Of a stretch of DNA of 64,000 nt, positions 1 to 11,237 are shown piece after piece (position 1 is the first letter of the stretch; each line of letters begins with the position of its first letter). Under the pieces are notes generated by a model. It had not been told where the DNA came from, ran no database searches, and saw only the letters and a program-made list of their open reading frames with translations. The position numbers and the translations under genes were made by a program. The stretch comes from Phormidesmis sp. (GTDB taxonomy: Bacteria > Cyanobacteriota > Cyanobacteriia > Leptolyngbyales > Leptolyngbyaceae), in assembly GCA_965248535.1 (NCBI GenBank), contig CBDFJR010000005.1, positions 1,152,001 through 1,216,000 of the forward strand, read 5' to 3'.

Positions 1-493
1 CACCTATCGAATGATAGGTATTGACAAGCTGAACGTTATGGGTTTTTTGCACTTCTAAACCCACCCAAGCCGACATCCAATAATTCGTGTGGATTAAAGG
101 ATAGCGATGCTTGGCTTGATAAGTTTGAAACGCCTCGACGAATGCTGGCATAAATTCAAACAAGCGATCGCGCGGAATGAATTCTGTCGGCCCTGCCGTC
201 AAGCGAATCGTGCGGCAGTGGGGAGAATGTTGCACGATCGTGGCATCTTCGGCCTTGGTCTTGCGGGTAAACATATCCACCTGCCAGCCCAGCTTTGCCA
301 GCGCTTCGCCCACTTGACGCACATAGACATTTTGTCCGCCTGCTTCTTCTCGGCCAATGTCGGCGGCAGGGTCGCCGTGATCTGAAATCAGCGCGATCGC
401 TTGTCGATTGGGAGCCTTAGAACGCGCCGAAATAAAGGGATCATGAACAGTGGAAATGGATACACTTTGCTGGTCGCTTAAAAGCACCATCAT
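1..493 (-). CDS. GT4 (MshA-like) glycosyltransferase, 5' part; runs off window start
   Basis: Manual translation from ATG 493/490 gives AIALISDHGDPAADIGREEAGGQNVYVRQVGEALAKLGWQVDMFTRK, a typical MshA-type GT4 N-terminus. Absent from the ORF track. Confidence 0.85.
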   Translation of the reverse strand, partial: MMVLLSDQQSVSISTVHDPFISARSKAPNRQAIALISDHGDPAADIGREEAGGQNVYVRQVGEALAKLGWQVDMFTRKTKAEDATIVQHSPHCRTIRLTAGPTEFIPRDRLFEFMPAFVEAFQTYQAKHRYPLIHTNYWMSAWVGLEVQKTHNVQLVNTYHSIG

Positions 494-654
494 TTAATTT
501 TCACCTCATAGATCAGTGGTTAGCCACGATCGACGAGTGAACGATTCACCCATCAAACCGGACTTTTAGCAACAGGCGACTAACCACCACAACTGCAAAC
601 TCACGATTGTCAACTCATCAACAGGCACAAAAAAAGTGGAACGGGTTGATCCAC

Positions 655-1741
655 TTAGTTGTTAGTGTTTGCTGTGAGCAAACTAGGCACACGACCGTTT
701 TTATTCGTCGATTGTCCCGTCAAAATCTGAAGATAGGCGGCTTCATACCCGTCAGTCATTTTCTGGACGCTAAAGTGGTCAACCACATGCTGGCGGCAGG
801 CGGCGCGATCGAGTTCAGGAAGGCGCGCCAGAGCCGCAATGCACTCATCTACGGTGTCACACAAGAAACCCGTTTTGCCGTGAGCAATCACTTCAGGAGC
901 CGAGCCGAGTCGCATTCCAATCACGGGCGTTCCGGCGGCCATTGACTCTACCATCACCAGCCCAAACGGTTCTCGCCAGGTGATCGGAAACAGGGTTGCT
1001 ACAGCACCGCCCATGAGCGTGTTTTTCTGAACGTGGTTTGCCTCACCCAGATATTGAATTTGCTCACCGTCAATGTGAGGGGCAAGTTCTTGCTCATAAA
1101 ACTCGCGATCGACGATATCAATCTTGCCAGCCATTTTCAGATTCCAGCCTGTGCGCTTGGCAATCTCGATCGCCAAATGCGGCCCTTTTTCGGGCGATAG
1201 CCGACCTAAAAATGCTAAATAAGGCGGCTCACCCGGTTGAGCATAAAACTTATAGCTCTCGACATCAATGCCGTTATAGACCGTCGAAACGCAGTTTAAG
1301 CCGAGTCTGGCTTCTCGCTGGGCGTTGGAGATGCTCACGAAGGGCTGCTGGCGCGATCGTCGATACATCTTTCTCGTTGTCGGAAGTAAATACGCCATGT
1401 AGCGTATGGATCGTCGGCGTTTTGACGAATTTTGCATAGGGCAACGCCGCACAGCCCATGTGAGAATGTATGATGTCAAAGTCTTGAGCTTGATCATAAA
1501 CCTGACCAAGTTGCAGCATTTCGTAGATCGAATACTCTTTCACGGTTGGGTCTTGGCGCAGGGCACGAGCGTGAACCGATTCAAGGGTTGCTAAACTCAG
1601 AGAGTCACCTGACGCAAACAGAGTCACCTCATGGCCGCGTCGCACCAGTTCATCGGTCAGCAGACTGACGACCAGTTCAATGCCGCCATAGGCCGGGGGA
1701 GGAACTCTTTCCCACAGAGGGGCTACTTGAGCAATCCGCAT
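655..1741 (-). CDS. Glycosyltransferase family 4 protein, apparent 1-base frameshift near 1371
   Basis: N-terminus MRIAQVAPLWERVPPPAYGGIE (ORF 1274..1741) and C-terminus with GRLSPEKG and EPFGLVMVESMAAGTPVI (ORF 655..1509) join at NEK/MY. Confidence 0.9.
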
Positions 1742-2410
1742 ACAAACCTCCTAACAAAGGTCAAACTAGATTTTAAAAGTCTTGATCTCAGACTCTGATG
1801 GGCTGCCGAGTGATTTTAGGGCACTTGAACTCGCAGGGAACTAAATCAGGTTTACTAGAAAATTTAACGTTTGCCAAGGCGGTCATTTCGACTTGACAAG
1901 TGCAGACGACTACACTTGTTGTATGTGTAGTACGAAGATCTGCTGAAGTTGAGTAAGTAAAAATACTCAAGAATCTTGAAGAACGATCGCGATTCTGCCA
2001 CCAGAGTTTAGAGGGGAGGCCAACTCTCTCTACAAGACGCTACAGCGCCGAATTCAAGTGACTCAACGCTCAAACGTGAAGTGATTTGAGCAAGAAGAAC
2101 GGTGTTCCAGACTACTTAATTCTGGATCAAGGTCAAGAATCTACAGAATTTCTGAACAATGGTTCTTTTTGGTACACCAAACAACTTATTTCTTGTTGCA
2201 GATTTATTCGTGCTATCGAATCGGTCTTTAGAGAGTTTACAGAGTTTGCGGCCCGATCGTAAGGGGGCTTTGAGCCTTTTTTCTAAAGATTTTCTGATCT
2301 TTCTAAACGGGCTTCTCTGGCTCGCAAACTCTCTGAGCTAGACAGCACCCTATCGCCAGATTTTTAAAGTCTGACCATTGACCCAACTGAGGGTGGTAGG
2401 ATCAACGCTC

Positions 2411-2486
2411 AAGCTAGGGGTGCCTAACCGGGCTGAGAACAAACCCTTAGAACCTGAGACTGGGTAATGCCAGCGAAGGGAAGCTG
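2411..2486 (+). ncRNA. TPP riboswitch
   Basis: GGGGTGCC...GGCTGAGA...ACCCTTAGAACCTGA...GGTAATGCCAGCGAAGGGA core motifs, about 20 nt upstream of thiC. Confidence 0.95.
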
Positions 2487-2506
2487 TTTATCTTGAGGAA
2501 TCGAAT

Positions 2507-3881
<1,375 letters not shown>

Positions 3882-3897
3882 AAGTCACCTATTGTTT

Positions 3898-3934
3898 AAG
3901 AAGCCTGTTTCATCAATTGGAACAGGCTTCTTTG
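3898..3934 (+). terminator. Intrinsic terminator after thiC
   Basis: Stem AAGAAGCCTGTT / AACAGGCTTCTT followed by a T-rich stretch. Confidence 0.8.
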
Positions 3935-3962
3935 TTGATTTTCTATTGTTCTCTGATTTGAC

Positions 3963-4352
3963 ATGCACGATAAATATGCAGATCTGTTGTCTCAATATCA
4001 GCCGAAATTAATTAGAACTGAGGAGGAAAACAACAAAGCTTTGGCGATCGTAGAAGAATTGATGCACCGTCCAAATCGCACCTTAGAAGAGAAGGAGCTT
4101 TATGAGTTACTGATCGCGCTGATTGAGAAATTTGAACAGGACTATTACTCACCTGGTAAAGCTTCTAATCCTCACTCTCTACTGCTTTTTTTAATAGAGC
4201 AACGCAATCTCAAACAATCAGACCTGGTAAATGTGATGGGTTCTGAGGAGGTTGTTTTAGAGGCGATCGCTGGCAGCCGAGAAATCAATCCAGCTCAAGC
4301 AAAAACTTTGGGCAGATTCTTTCAAGTTAATCCGAGTTTGTTCATGACCTAA
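3963..4352 (+). CDS. HigA-like HTH antitoxin / transcriptional regulator
   Basis: PKLIRTEEEN...LLIALIEKFE...LKQSDLV...REIN...AKTLGRFFQV pattern of cyanobacterial HigA-type proteins. Confidence 0.75.
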   Translation: MHDKYADLLSQYQPKLIRTEEENNKALAIVEELMHRPNRTLEEKELYELLIALIEKFEQDYYSPGKASNPHSLLLFLIEQRNLKQSDLVNVMGSEEVVLEAIAGSREINPAQAKTLGRFFQVNPSLFMT

Positions 4353-4496
4353 AAGATAGATGACTTTAGAAATAGGCTAATTGTTATTCAAACTGCTCCC
4401 TATGTGGAGTTGGTTTGTGTGGTCGTTGACTGATGCGATCGCTTTCTCACAAAGCTAAAAATCCTTTGATACAGAATGAAATTTCTCACTCTGAAG

Positions 4497-5090
4497 TCAA
4501 GATTCTGACCCAACAAAGATATCCCTGATTTTGACTCGAGCTTGAGGTATTACAGCACAAACGATCGTATCCTCTACTCCATACACTGCTTCTTCGTAGA
4601 GTCCTTCGACCAGCGAGAGGACAGTGACTTGGTTGCGTTGAGGATCTACAATCCAATATTCTAGAATGCCTCTAGCAGCATACTCTGATCGCTTATAGCG
4701 ATAGTCTCTGGCTTCATTGGCACTACCGGGTGAGACGACTTCGATCGCAACTAGCGGCGGCGGCATATCCCGCGTAATCGTGCCTCGCGTTTGACCTTGC
4801 AGCGCAGCACCACACTCCTCTCCGAAAATCATTAAATCAGGGAATCTAGTTTTTGCCCGTCGTCCGGTGACTTCGATTTCGATTTCTTTATAGCTTAGTA
4901 GAATTAGCGGAACGCACTTCAAAAGTTCTACAAACAATCGTCTAGCTACATAGCAGTTTTCTGGCGATTCTGGGGGCATTGCGACTAGTTCTCCATCCAC
5001 CAATTCGTAGCGGGTATCGGTATCGTCGTCATAGGCGAGATATTCTTCAAAGGTAAGCTTTTGAGATTTTGATGCGGCGGTTTGAGTCAT
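4497..5090 (-). CDS. Uma2 family endonuclease
   Basis: [53 protein letters not shown]. Confidence 0.9.
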   Translation of the reverse strand: MTQTAASKSQKLTFEEYLAYDDDTDTRYELVDGELVAMPPESPENCYVARRLFVELLKCVPLILLSYKEIEIEVTGRRAKTRFPDLMIFGEECGAALQGQTRGTITRDMPPPLVAIEVVSPGSANEARDYRYKRSEYAARGILEYWIVDPQRNQVTVLSLVEGLYEEAVYGVEDTIVCAVIPQARVKIRDIFVGSES

Positions 5091-5154
5091 CGTGGTTGCC
5101 CCGGTTCACTGATTGCAATTTTAACGGTTATTGCGATCGAACTGATCACCTACC

Positions 5155-5742
5155 TCACATTCCTCGAATCACCTGCGTAAACTCACTCACCGCATCATAC
5201 TGATCTGCCATTCGCGAATACTGCGCCAACAACGCCAAATCTAAATCAGGCAGCAAAGAACTTTGGGCAACCTTTTCGTAGCCCTCCTCACACAGACAGT
5301 AGACCGAAATCATGCCGTCTTCCCAGAACCAAACTTCGGGGACTTTTAGCCGTTTGTAGATTTCTAGCTTGTTAATTCCGCCACTGGTGACTGTGATCTC
5401 TAAGACCAAATCTGGCATCAGCTTTTTAGCGCCCAAACTGTAAGCCTCATCCGGTTCTCGTCTTGCACCATCTTCCCGCTTGCCGAGGGTAGTGCTTCCC
5501 CGAACATAAAACCGAATTCCTCGCTCTCGCATGAAAGCTTCTGTCAACAAACTGACAGTGCTTTTAGGTTCTTCGTGTTCTTCAGAAAGCGGAGCCATAA
5601 TTTCTAAAAATCCGTCTAAATAGATCAAACGTGCGCCTGTGCCTTCTAGCTCTACGTCTAGTCTTTCGAGAGCATCCCAAGTGAGGTTATAGAGAAGAAC
5701 TGAGTTTTGGCGAGTTGGTTTTTCGAGAACTGGAGAATTCAT
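5155..5742 (-). CDS. Uma2 family endonuclease
   Basis: GFLEIMAP, REPDEAY, PDLVLEITVTSG, KLEIYKRLKVPEVWFWE. Confidence 0.9.
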   Translation of the reverse strand: MNSPVLEKPTRQNSVLLYNLTWDALERLDVELEGTGARLIYLDGFLEIMAPLSEEHEEPKSTVSLLTEAFMRERGIRFYVRGSTTLGKREDGARREPDEAYSLGAKKLMPDLVLEITVTSGGINKLEIYKRLKVPEVWFWEDGMISVYCLCEEGYEKVAQSSLLPDLDLALLAQYSRMADQYDAVSEFTQVIRGM

Positions 5743-5784
5743 AGGTCGATCGCTCTAAACCTGGATGTGGTTATTTTAGGCGCT

Positions 5785-8700
5785 TTAGGCAAGCCCGATC
5801 GCCGCAACTAAGCTCGATGTCCCCAATAGATTAACAGCAGTGCCAGAACAAATAGGACACATACAAGCGGCTGGCGACATTGAGGGTTGCATATTGGAGG
5901 TTGATGCAACGGTTGCCGTGAGTCCACTCGCCGAGGCGGCTGTTGGGGAAGTGCTAGCAGGCGCGATCGCTGCTGGAGCCGCAGCAGCTTGCCAACTTCC
6001 TGAGCTGCTGTAGGTATAGTAAGTGCCACCCACTAGAATCTTCATTGAGCCGTTAGACCCGTAGTAGTTTTGCAGTTGAATCGAGCCAGAAGACCCTAGC
6101 CCGATCGTCAAGTTGCTGCCACTCACCGCAGTGGTCAAATTAGACAAGTTAAAGCCCGCAAGCTCTAGACTATCGGCAGCGTTGCTAGAGTCAATCACAT
6201 CATTGCCTGTAAACGTGCCCAACATATAGCCTTTAAAGACATTGCTAGCCGAGTTAGCGATGATGTAATCATTGCCGCGAGAATTGATCAGATTTTCGAT
6301 CACTGTGCCTTTGGCGATCGTGGTGCCAAAGCCAGACGTGACGTATTGCGGGCCTTGGGCAATGCCATCACTCGGATTACTGTCCTGACCATAGTCATAA
6401 TACGTTGACCCATTGTAGGAAGCCTGAGTCGTTAAAATGCCGCCTGGATTGAGGTCAAACCGATAGTTGACCCCAGCCGCCAACCGAGAAAAATCTAAGG
6501 TGTCTACTCCACCCGCATCCCAAAGAGTTTGCTTTAACTGGGTAGTCGTGCTGCCAAAAACCTGACTGGATACTTCATAGCCATAGACGGTGTTGAAGGT
6601 GTAAGTAGTCGCATTCGCATTTTGGTTCCTCGCCCCATAGAGATATTGCAGCGCCTGAATGTCATAACTCATCGGCGTAATCGCTAAACTGCCGTAGTAT
6701 CGAGTGTCACTCGTGCCATTGTTATAGGTCATCACGGTGTTTGTGGTGTTGTCTTCAGAAGGGGATAAGAAAGGCCCTTCCGTCGTTCCGCCTCCAGCGT
6801 TGTAACTTCCAGGATGCTTCAAGCCCAGCGTGTGCAGGGTCTCATGGATCAGTGCCATATAGCCATAGGTGCCTGCGCCCCCTTCAAAACTGCTGGCTTG
6901 TCTGGGGTTCAGGTGAACATCACCCCCTGTGCCATCGCCGGGATAGTAGCCATAGGCATAAAAGCTGTAGGCGGCATTGTTGAAGTCATACTTACCATCA
7001 GAATACATATAGCGAATAACTCCGCAACTTGTAGCTGAATCCGCTACTTCGACAAACTGAACATTGATAAACGTCGCGATCGACGACAAAATTGCCCGCA
7101 CATTGTTCTTAATCGTAGCGCTGACTTCTGAAACGGCCTCGCGCCCTGTGTAAGAGCCAGACCCAGCAGAGTAAAAGCTGTAGGTAATCACTCCCCCATT
7201 CGCACTGGTGTTCCAAGCAGCATGGTCGGCGTTTAGGAGAGCCTCGATCGTGGGATTGCCAGAGGTTGCACCATAGGTGACGGTAGGATTGGTGATCACA
7301 CTGGTGATGAAGACATTTTTAGAGTCGATGCCAGTGCCTTGATTGGCGTTGTTGTTCTCATTGCTTTCGCCAACGGCATTGAGCGAATCAACAATCATGC
7401 CAATGGAGTAGTTATCCGCGCTCCCCTTAGTCCAGAAGCTATCTGCATATCCCGGTAGAGAAAAGGTTTGGCTCAACACTGCTGTGAGAGAATTGGATGC
7501 GATCGCGTCTAGATCATAGGTTGCGAGAAGCCGATCGCTGGTGGTGATCGTCGTGTCTTTTGATAGATAAAACGCCACCCGAAACGGTCGAGCATCACTG
7601 CCCGTGTTTTGAATCCTGAAATTAGCTGTTAGGCTGGCTCCGGCGGTGAGGGAGACTTGAGTTAGGTCAAAGAACGCACCAGACAACTCCGGTTGGTTGT
7701 CAAACTCCCAACTGTCTTGCCCAAAATCGGTTTGAGTCGAAAGTGGACTGCGGGCATAGTCATATTCGCTGCCCAGAAAGTTGGTGCCTGAAGCCTTCCC
7801 CTGGCTAAAGTAGTAAGGAGTGTAGACAGCCTGACTGTTGTCAACGTCGTGGTATTGATCAACAAACACTTTGCCGACATCAGTCGCGATTCCTTCTCGA
7901 CTCGACTTTGTGATGTAATATTTGCCGTTTGCGCCGATTTCGTTATTGTTAGAATTGAAATCTACAAAACTCCCAACTGTGTAGGTTCCAGGTTGACTAT
8001 AGACCCATCCACTGTAGTAGTCAGCCGTGTTGTCTTTTCCGTTGTAGTAGTAAGCAAACTCGTATTTAGAGTAGCTGACGTTATAGACCCATTTGTCTAA
8101 TCCAAAATCGTTATCGAGACTGTTTGAGTTGCCAATAAAATCGTATTCACTGCCTAGATAATTTGTACCAGAGGTTTTTCCTTGCCCGAAATAGACAGGT
8201 GTGTAGGAAGTAGCGTTTTCACTGTTGTAGTATTGATTGACAAACACTTTACCAAGATCGGCAACATTGCCCGCCACGATCGCTGACTTAATCAGATATT
8301 TGCCAGAGCAGCCCGTCTCATTTTTCTCGACAATTGGATCAAAAATCTGACCCGCGCTGTAGGTATTCGCGGAAGCATAGACATAGCCTGTATAGGAGTC
8401 TTTATTGTTGTTGCTGCCATTGTAGTAGTAGGCAAACTCGTATTTATAGACGGGCAGAGCAGCCGCCAGATCGAGGGTGTAGCCTGTAATGCCACTTCCC
8501 TTTAAGCAAAGTCGAACGTAGTAGGTGCCCGCCGATAGTGACCCACTGCTGATCGATTCGGCTGAGTTGCCTGCGATCGCAGAGGTTTGAATCACCGCCC
8601 CACTGCTGTTGAGAAGCTGAAGATCCACATCGGCCCTCAGTCCACTAAGCGTCAGGCTCAAGCTACTATCTGCGCTCAGTGTAAATTGGTAATCGTCTTC

Positions 8701-9912
8701 TAGATCATTAGCACTGCCTAGTGATTCTCGAAATGTTGCGGTTTTATCGAGGGTGCCGATATTAAAAGCTTTGGCGATCGTGTCTCCAACGACATCGTTG
8801 ATGAGCTTTTGTTCAAATTGCTTGGCGCTGGAAACCAGATGCCAATTTGCGTCGGGAACTTTAGTCAGATAAACCGCCGACGTAATGGCGTTATTGTTCA
8901 TCAGCCAAACAGCATTCTCACCCGTGGCATAGTTTCGCCACACGACATCCACTTGCCCATCTTGATTAAAGTCAGTAGCCCCCTCAATCTTCCAATTTGC
9001 GTCGGGGACTTTAGTGAGATAAATGGCTGACTTAATGGCGTTATTGTTCATCAGCCAGACGGCATTTTCACCTGTGGCATAGTTTCGCCACACGACATCT
9101 ACTTGCCCATCTTGATTAAAGTCAGCAACCCCCTCGATCTTCCAATTTGCATCGGGGACTTTGGTGAGAAAAACAGAGGACTCAATGACGTTGTTGTTCA
9201 TCAACCAGACGGCATTTTCACCTGTGGCATAGTTTCGCCACACGACATCTACTTGCCCATCTTGATTGAAGTCAGCAACCCCCTCGATCTTCCAATTTGC
9301 ATCGGGGACTTTGGTGAGAAAAACAGAGGACTCAATGACGTTGTTGTTCATCAGCCAGATGGCATTCTCACCTGTGGCATAGTTTCGCCATACTAAATCT
9401 AGCTGCCCATCTTGATTAAAGTCGGCACTGCTCTCTAGCTTCCAATTGGGGTCAGACACCTTGGTGAGAAAAGCAGAGGACTCAATCGCGCCATCTTTCA
9501 CTTGCCAAACGGCATTCTCACCTGTGGCATAATTTCGCCAGGTCAAATCGGTTTTGAGATCTAAAACAGTAGACAGATTCAGACTGTAGCGAGCACTGTC
9601 TTGACTGGTAGAAACTCGAAGATAATAAGTTCCTGGCTGAAGAACCGCGCTGACCAGTTCATCGATCGTGCCCCGGTTATTTGATGCCGCCAAAATTTCG
9701 CTGCTGCTGATAAGACCATTGCGATCGCGGTCTTGAATTAGCTCAAGATTGGCATCTCCACTTAAGCGATCGAGCACTGCGCTGAGGCTGCCATAACTCT
9801 TTAGCTGAAACCGAAAATAGTCAGTTAGATTAGCGCTCACTGAGTCAGTCAACGTCTGCGCGCTAGAAGATAGGCTAATTTCCTTAGCCGTCTCTAAAGT
9901 ATTATTTGACAC
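5785..9912 (-). CDS. Large secreted multidomain M10 (serralysin-like) zinc metalloprotease with PPC, FG-GAP and CARDB-like domains
   Basis: HETLHTLGLKHPG metzincin motif, TVMTY Met-turn, TPMSYDIQALQYLYG, LWDAGGVDTLDFS, and DFNQDGQVDVVWRN repeats. Confidence 0.85.
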   Translation of the reverse strand: MSNNTLETAKEISLSSSAQTLTDSVSANLTDYFRFQLKSYGSLSAVLDRLSGDANLELIQDRDRNGLISSSEILAASNNRGTIDELVSAVLQPGTYYLRVSTSQDSARYSLNLSTVLDLKTDLTWRNYATGENAVWQVKDGAIESSAFLTKVSDPNWKLESSADFNQDGQLDLVWRNYATGENAIWLMNNNVIESSVFLTKVPDANWKIEGVADFNQDGQVDVVWRNYATGENAVWLMNNNVIESSVFLTKVPDANWKIEGVADFNQDGQVDVVWRNYATGENAVWLMNNNAIKSAIYLTKVPDANWKIEGATDFNQDGQVDVVWRNYATGENAVWLMNNNAITSAVYLTKVPDANWHLVSSAKQFEQKLINDVVGDTIAKAFNIGTLDKTATFRESLGSANDLEDDYQFTLSADSSLSLTLSGLRADVDLQLLNSSGAVIQTSAIAGNSAESISSGSLSAGTYYVRLCLKGSGITGYTLDLAAALPVYKYEFAYYYNGSNNNKDSYTGYVYASANTYSAGQIFDPIVEKNETGCSGKYLIKSAIVAGNVADLGKVFVNQYYNSENATSYTPVYFGQGKTSGTNYLGSEYDFIGNSNSLDNDFGLDKWVYNVSYSKYEFAYYYNGKDNTADYYSGWVYSQPGTYTVGSFVDFNSNNNEIGANGKYYITKSSREGIATDVGKVFVDQYHDVDNSQAVYTPYYFSQGKASGTNFLGSEYDYARSPLSTQTDFGQDSWEFDNQPELSGAFFDLTQVSLTAGASLTANFRIQNTGSDARPFRVAFYLSKDTTITTSDRLLATYDLDAIASNSLTAVLSQTFSLPGYADSFWTKGSADNYSIGMIVDSLNAVGESNENNNANQGTGIDSKNVFITSVITNPTVTYGATSGNPTIEALLNADHAAWNTSANGGVITYSFYSAGSGSYTGREAVSEVSATIKNNVRAILSSIATFINVQFVEVADSATSCGVIRYMYSDGKYDFNNAAYSFYAYGYYPGDGTGGDVHLNPRQASSFEGGAGTYGYMALIHETLHTLGLKHPGSYNAGGGTTEGPFLSPSEDNTTNTVMTYNNGTSDTRYYGSLAITPMSYDIQALQYLYGARNQNANATTYTFNTVYGYEVSSQVFGSTTTQLKQTLWDAGGVDTLDFSRLAAGVNYRFDLNPGGILTTQASYNGSTYYDYGQDSNPSDGIAQGPQYVTSGFGTTIAKGTVIENLINSRGNDYIIANSASNVFKGYMLGTFTGNDVIDSSNAADSLELAGFNLSNLTTAVSGSNLTIGLGSSGSIQLQNYYGSNGSMKILVGGTYYTYSSSGSWQAAAAPAAIAPASTSPTAASASGLTATVASTSNMQPSMSPAACMCPICSGTAVNLLGTSSLVAAIGLA
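8841..9560. repeat. About five tandem 150-bp (50 aa) FG-GAP-like intragenic repeats
   Basis: CCAATT(T/G)G recurs at about 8842, 8992, 9142, 9292 and 9442; the central copies are near-identical in DNA. Confidence 0.9.
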
Positions 9913-10092
9913 TGGGTTCCCTCTGCAAGAATCTGAGTTCTTCTCTGAGAGTTCCTTACAAAAGATGGAGATCTATGTATTTATGAAAACTTCATATAAT
10001 AAATAAAACTCAGTGTGTACGGAGATTACGGATATCGATTTCAAAAGAAATTAGGACAGACTCAGCGATTGCCCGAAAGAACGCCGTTCTTT

Positions 10093-10265
10093 AACGTGAA
10101 TTTGACGAGTTTTTTCGGTTCGTTCTCAGCAACTTCTGCCCCCTAAATCCCCACGAGTGAGGGACTTTGAGCCAAGACTTCCACTTCAAAGTCCCCTAAA
10201 ATGGGAGAGTTAGGGGGCTTTCTAGATTCATAATCAGAGCGAACTACCTCTGTCAAACTGACGTT
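10093..10265. mobile_element. 173-bp MITE-like element with terminal inverted repeats and 5-bp target duplication
   Basis: Ends AACGTGAATTTGAC and GTCAAACTGACGTT; TCTTT on both sides (10088-10092, 10266-10270); internal GCCCCCTAA...GGGACTTTGA...TCAAAGTCCC...TTAGGGGGC palindromes. Confidence 0.75.
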
Positions 10266-10331
10266 TCTTTAAGACAGATCTGTCCCCTTCACGCAGCAAA
10301 TTGATACAAAACCCTGGTGGCAATAGACCGA

Positions 10332-11228
10332 TTATGAAATTGGCTCAAAAACCATTTGAGGCACCAAGAGCCGCCCGTCCTCCGATTCGATAATTTGAGC
10401 AATGCCCAAAAACCGATCGTCTTCCTGATGAACTCGGACGATCGCCGCATCGATTGCCCCATCCGTCACGACTTTTTGCCCCCAGCGCCAACGTTTAGCC
10501 GACTCTTCAGGCAAGGTGACGATCGGCAAATGGGCCAGAGCCACATCGGGTGCGATCGGCGAGAACGTCTGATTGTGCACTTGGGTAGCGAGTTCGTCTA
10601 GGGTCAAGCTGTGACTGAGCGTTAAGCCACTGCTGTCAGTGCGAATCAGTTTGGCTAATGTGCCGCCTACGCCTAACAGTGCGCCCAAATCACGGGCGAT
10701 CGAGCGAATATACGTCCCAGAGCCACAGGCGATCGCTAAGTCTAATTCTGGAAACTCGCCCGATCGCCACGCTAAAATCTCTAGCTGATAGATAGTGACA
10801 GACCGAGCGGGGACGGTGATCAATTCGCCCGATCGGGCCAGATCATACAGCCGCTTTCCCTGTACCTGAATGGCACTATAGCTCGGTGGCACCTGCTGAA
10901 TCGTGCCCTGAAAGAGCGGCAGGTTTGACTTCACCGCCTCTAAGGTCAACTCTGACCCAGACTGCCGCGTCAGCACCTCACCCTCTAAGTCATCGGTTGC
11001 GGTTGTCAACCCAAAGCGAATTGTTGCCTGATAGGCCTTATCCTGCGGCAAATATTGCAGTAGCCGAGTGGCTCGGCCTAGAGCGATCGGCAACACTCCC
11101 GTTGCTGCCGGGTCTAGGGTTCCGGCATGACCCACCCGCTTGAGCTTTAAAGATCGCCGCACTTTGGCGACACAATCATGAGACGTAAACCCCAGAGGCT
11201 TGTTGAGGTTTAAAAACCCGTTAGTCAC
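10332..11228 (-). CDS. truB: tRNA pseudouridine(55) synthase
   Basis: GFLNLNKPLGFTSHDCV, VGHAGTLDPAATGVL, CGSGTYIRSIARDLG. Confidence 0.97.
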   Translation of the reverse strand: MTNGFLNLNKPLGFTSHDCVAKVRRSLKLKRVGHAGTLDPAATGVLPIALGRATRLLQYLPQDKAYQATIRFGLTTATDDLEGEVLTRQSGSELTLEAVKSNLPLFQGTIQQVPPSYSAIQVQGKRLYDLARSGELITVPARSVTIYQLEILAWRSGEFPELDLAIACGSGTYIRSIARDLGALLGVGGTLAKLIRTDSSGLTLSHSLTLDELATQVHNQTFSPIAPDVALAHLPIVTLPEESAKRWRWGQKVVTDGAIDAAIVRVHQEDDRFLGIAQIIESEDGRLLVPQMVFEPIS

Positions 11229-11237
11229 AATTCACCT

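Noticed and set aside
1788..2400. Short ORFs and weak inverted repeats between GT4 and thiC
   Set aside because: There is no coherent structure or coding signal; most likely divergent promoter DNA.
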